In this document: positions 32,147 through 32,442 of the stretch, piece by piece
How the letters are laid out: the number at the start of each line of letters is the position of its first letter
Numbering within the stretch: the stretch's first letter is position 1
Assembly (NCBI GenBank): GCA_038330465.1
Contig: JBBQOA010000001.1
Coordinates: 1 to 32,442, forward strand
Direction of reading: 5' to 3'
Length of the DNA stretch: 32,442 nt
DNA from: Pyrinomonadales bacterium
GTDB lineage: Bacteria; Acidobacteriota; Blastocatellia; Pyrinomonadales; Pyrinomonadaceae
Translations under genes and position numbers: made by a program
Notes under the pieces: model-generated
The model's database searches: none
What the model was told of the DNA's origin: nothing
Seen by the model: the letters and a program-made list of their open reading frames with translations, nothing else

Positions 32147-32442
32147 AAATAGGTCGCGGAAACGATGAAATGGTAAGATTTTTCTACCATGAAAAAAAAA
32201 GCCACCTATCGAATCCGCAACTGGAAAGATTATAACCGAAGTTTACGGTTGCGTGGAAGTCTGACGTTTTGGGTTTCTCAGGAATTGATTGACAATTGGA
32301 TCGTTTTGGAGCAAAGCGGTGAGCGCGGACGATCTGTGCAATATAGCGCGGCGGCGATCATCGCAATGGCTTCCGTAAAGTTCGTGTTTCAACAAGCGGG
32401 ACGGCAAACCGGCGGACTGCTCGCCTCGATCTTTGAATTGTT
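32147..32442 (+). mobile_element. Left end of an IS5-family (IS903-group-like) insertion sequence, continuing beyond the window
   Basis: Contains the 5' part of a transposase gene. The exact terminal repeat cannot be defined without the other end. Confidence 0.65.
32189..32442 (+). CDS. IS5-family (IS903-like) DDE transposase, N-terminal 84 codons only (runs off the window)
   Basis: My own translation from ATG 32189 (not in the ORF track because there is no stop): MKKKATYRIRNWKDYNRSLRLRGSLTFWVSQELIDNWIVLEQSGERGRSVQYSAAAIIAMASVKFVFQQAGRQTGGLLASIFEL. The Y.I.NW..YN..L..RGSLTFW....I..W pattern is the conserved IS903-type N-terminus. Confidence 0.8.
   Translation, partial: MKKKATYRIRNWKDYNRSLRLRGSLTFWVSQELIDNWIVLEQSGERGRSVQYSAAAIIAMASVKFVFQQAGRQTGGLLASIFEL

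Overview
About 32.4 kb of mid-GC chromosomal DNA from a diderm, probably soil-type bacterium. The gene content resembles Acidobacteriota-like lineages (TIGR02999-type ECF sigma factor paired with a TPR Ser/Thr kinase, a PEP-CTERM/exosortase locus, giant delta-60/FG-GAP surface proteins), but the taxonomy is inference only. Layout: (1) 1-7.4 kb is housekeeping: CbbQ/NorQ AAA+ ATPase, class II (B12) ribonucleotide reductase nrdJ with an NrdR box and a sigma70-type promoter, Hsp33 (hslO), two small membrane proteins, and FPP synthase ispA. (2) 7.5-10.8 kb is an ECF sigma factor plus transmembrane Ser/Thr kinase-TPR operon. (3) Divergent from it, 10.9-16.8 kb encodes four signal-peptide proteins: tail-fibre-like, CarboxypepD_reg-like, unknown, and a ~1090-aa multi-propeller/FG-GAP protein. 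(4) 16.9-29.6 kb is a co-directional XrtA-type exosortase/PEP-CTERM exopolysaccharide locus: exosortase, NTF2-like secreted protein, EpsI, PrsT TPR lipoprotein, a 59-aa micro-ORF that looks like a cargo-less PEP-CTERM signal, Wzz-type chain-length determinant, ExeA-like ATPase, BY tyrosine kinase, priming sugar transferase, Wza-like exporter, and a Ycf48/BNR-like propeller. (5) 29.7-32.4 kb holds tRNA-Val(TAC) and tRNA-Asp(GTC), followed by a decayed integration hotspot. That hotspot contains a frameshifted, 5'-truncated tyrosine integrase reading into the tRNA-Asp 3' end and an IS5-family fragment. It also contains a beta-helix/FG-GAP gene whose 5' end is cut off by an IS903-like element that runs off the window. 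Intergenic DNA carries several families of short, mostly heptad-phased AT-rich repeats and inverted repeats. The most interesting items are the stand-alone PEP-CTERM-like micro-ORF and the other non-canonical additions to the exosortase locus. Next are the AT-rich inverted repeats filling consecutive junctions of the EPS operon, and the ECF-sigma/kinase pair facing the secreted-protein cluster. All functional calls rest on motif recognition by eye; no database search was run.
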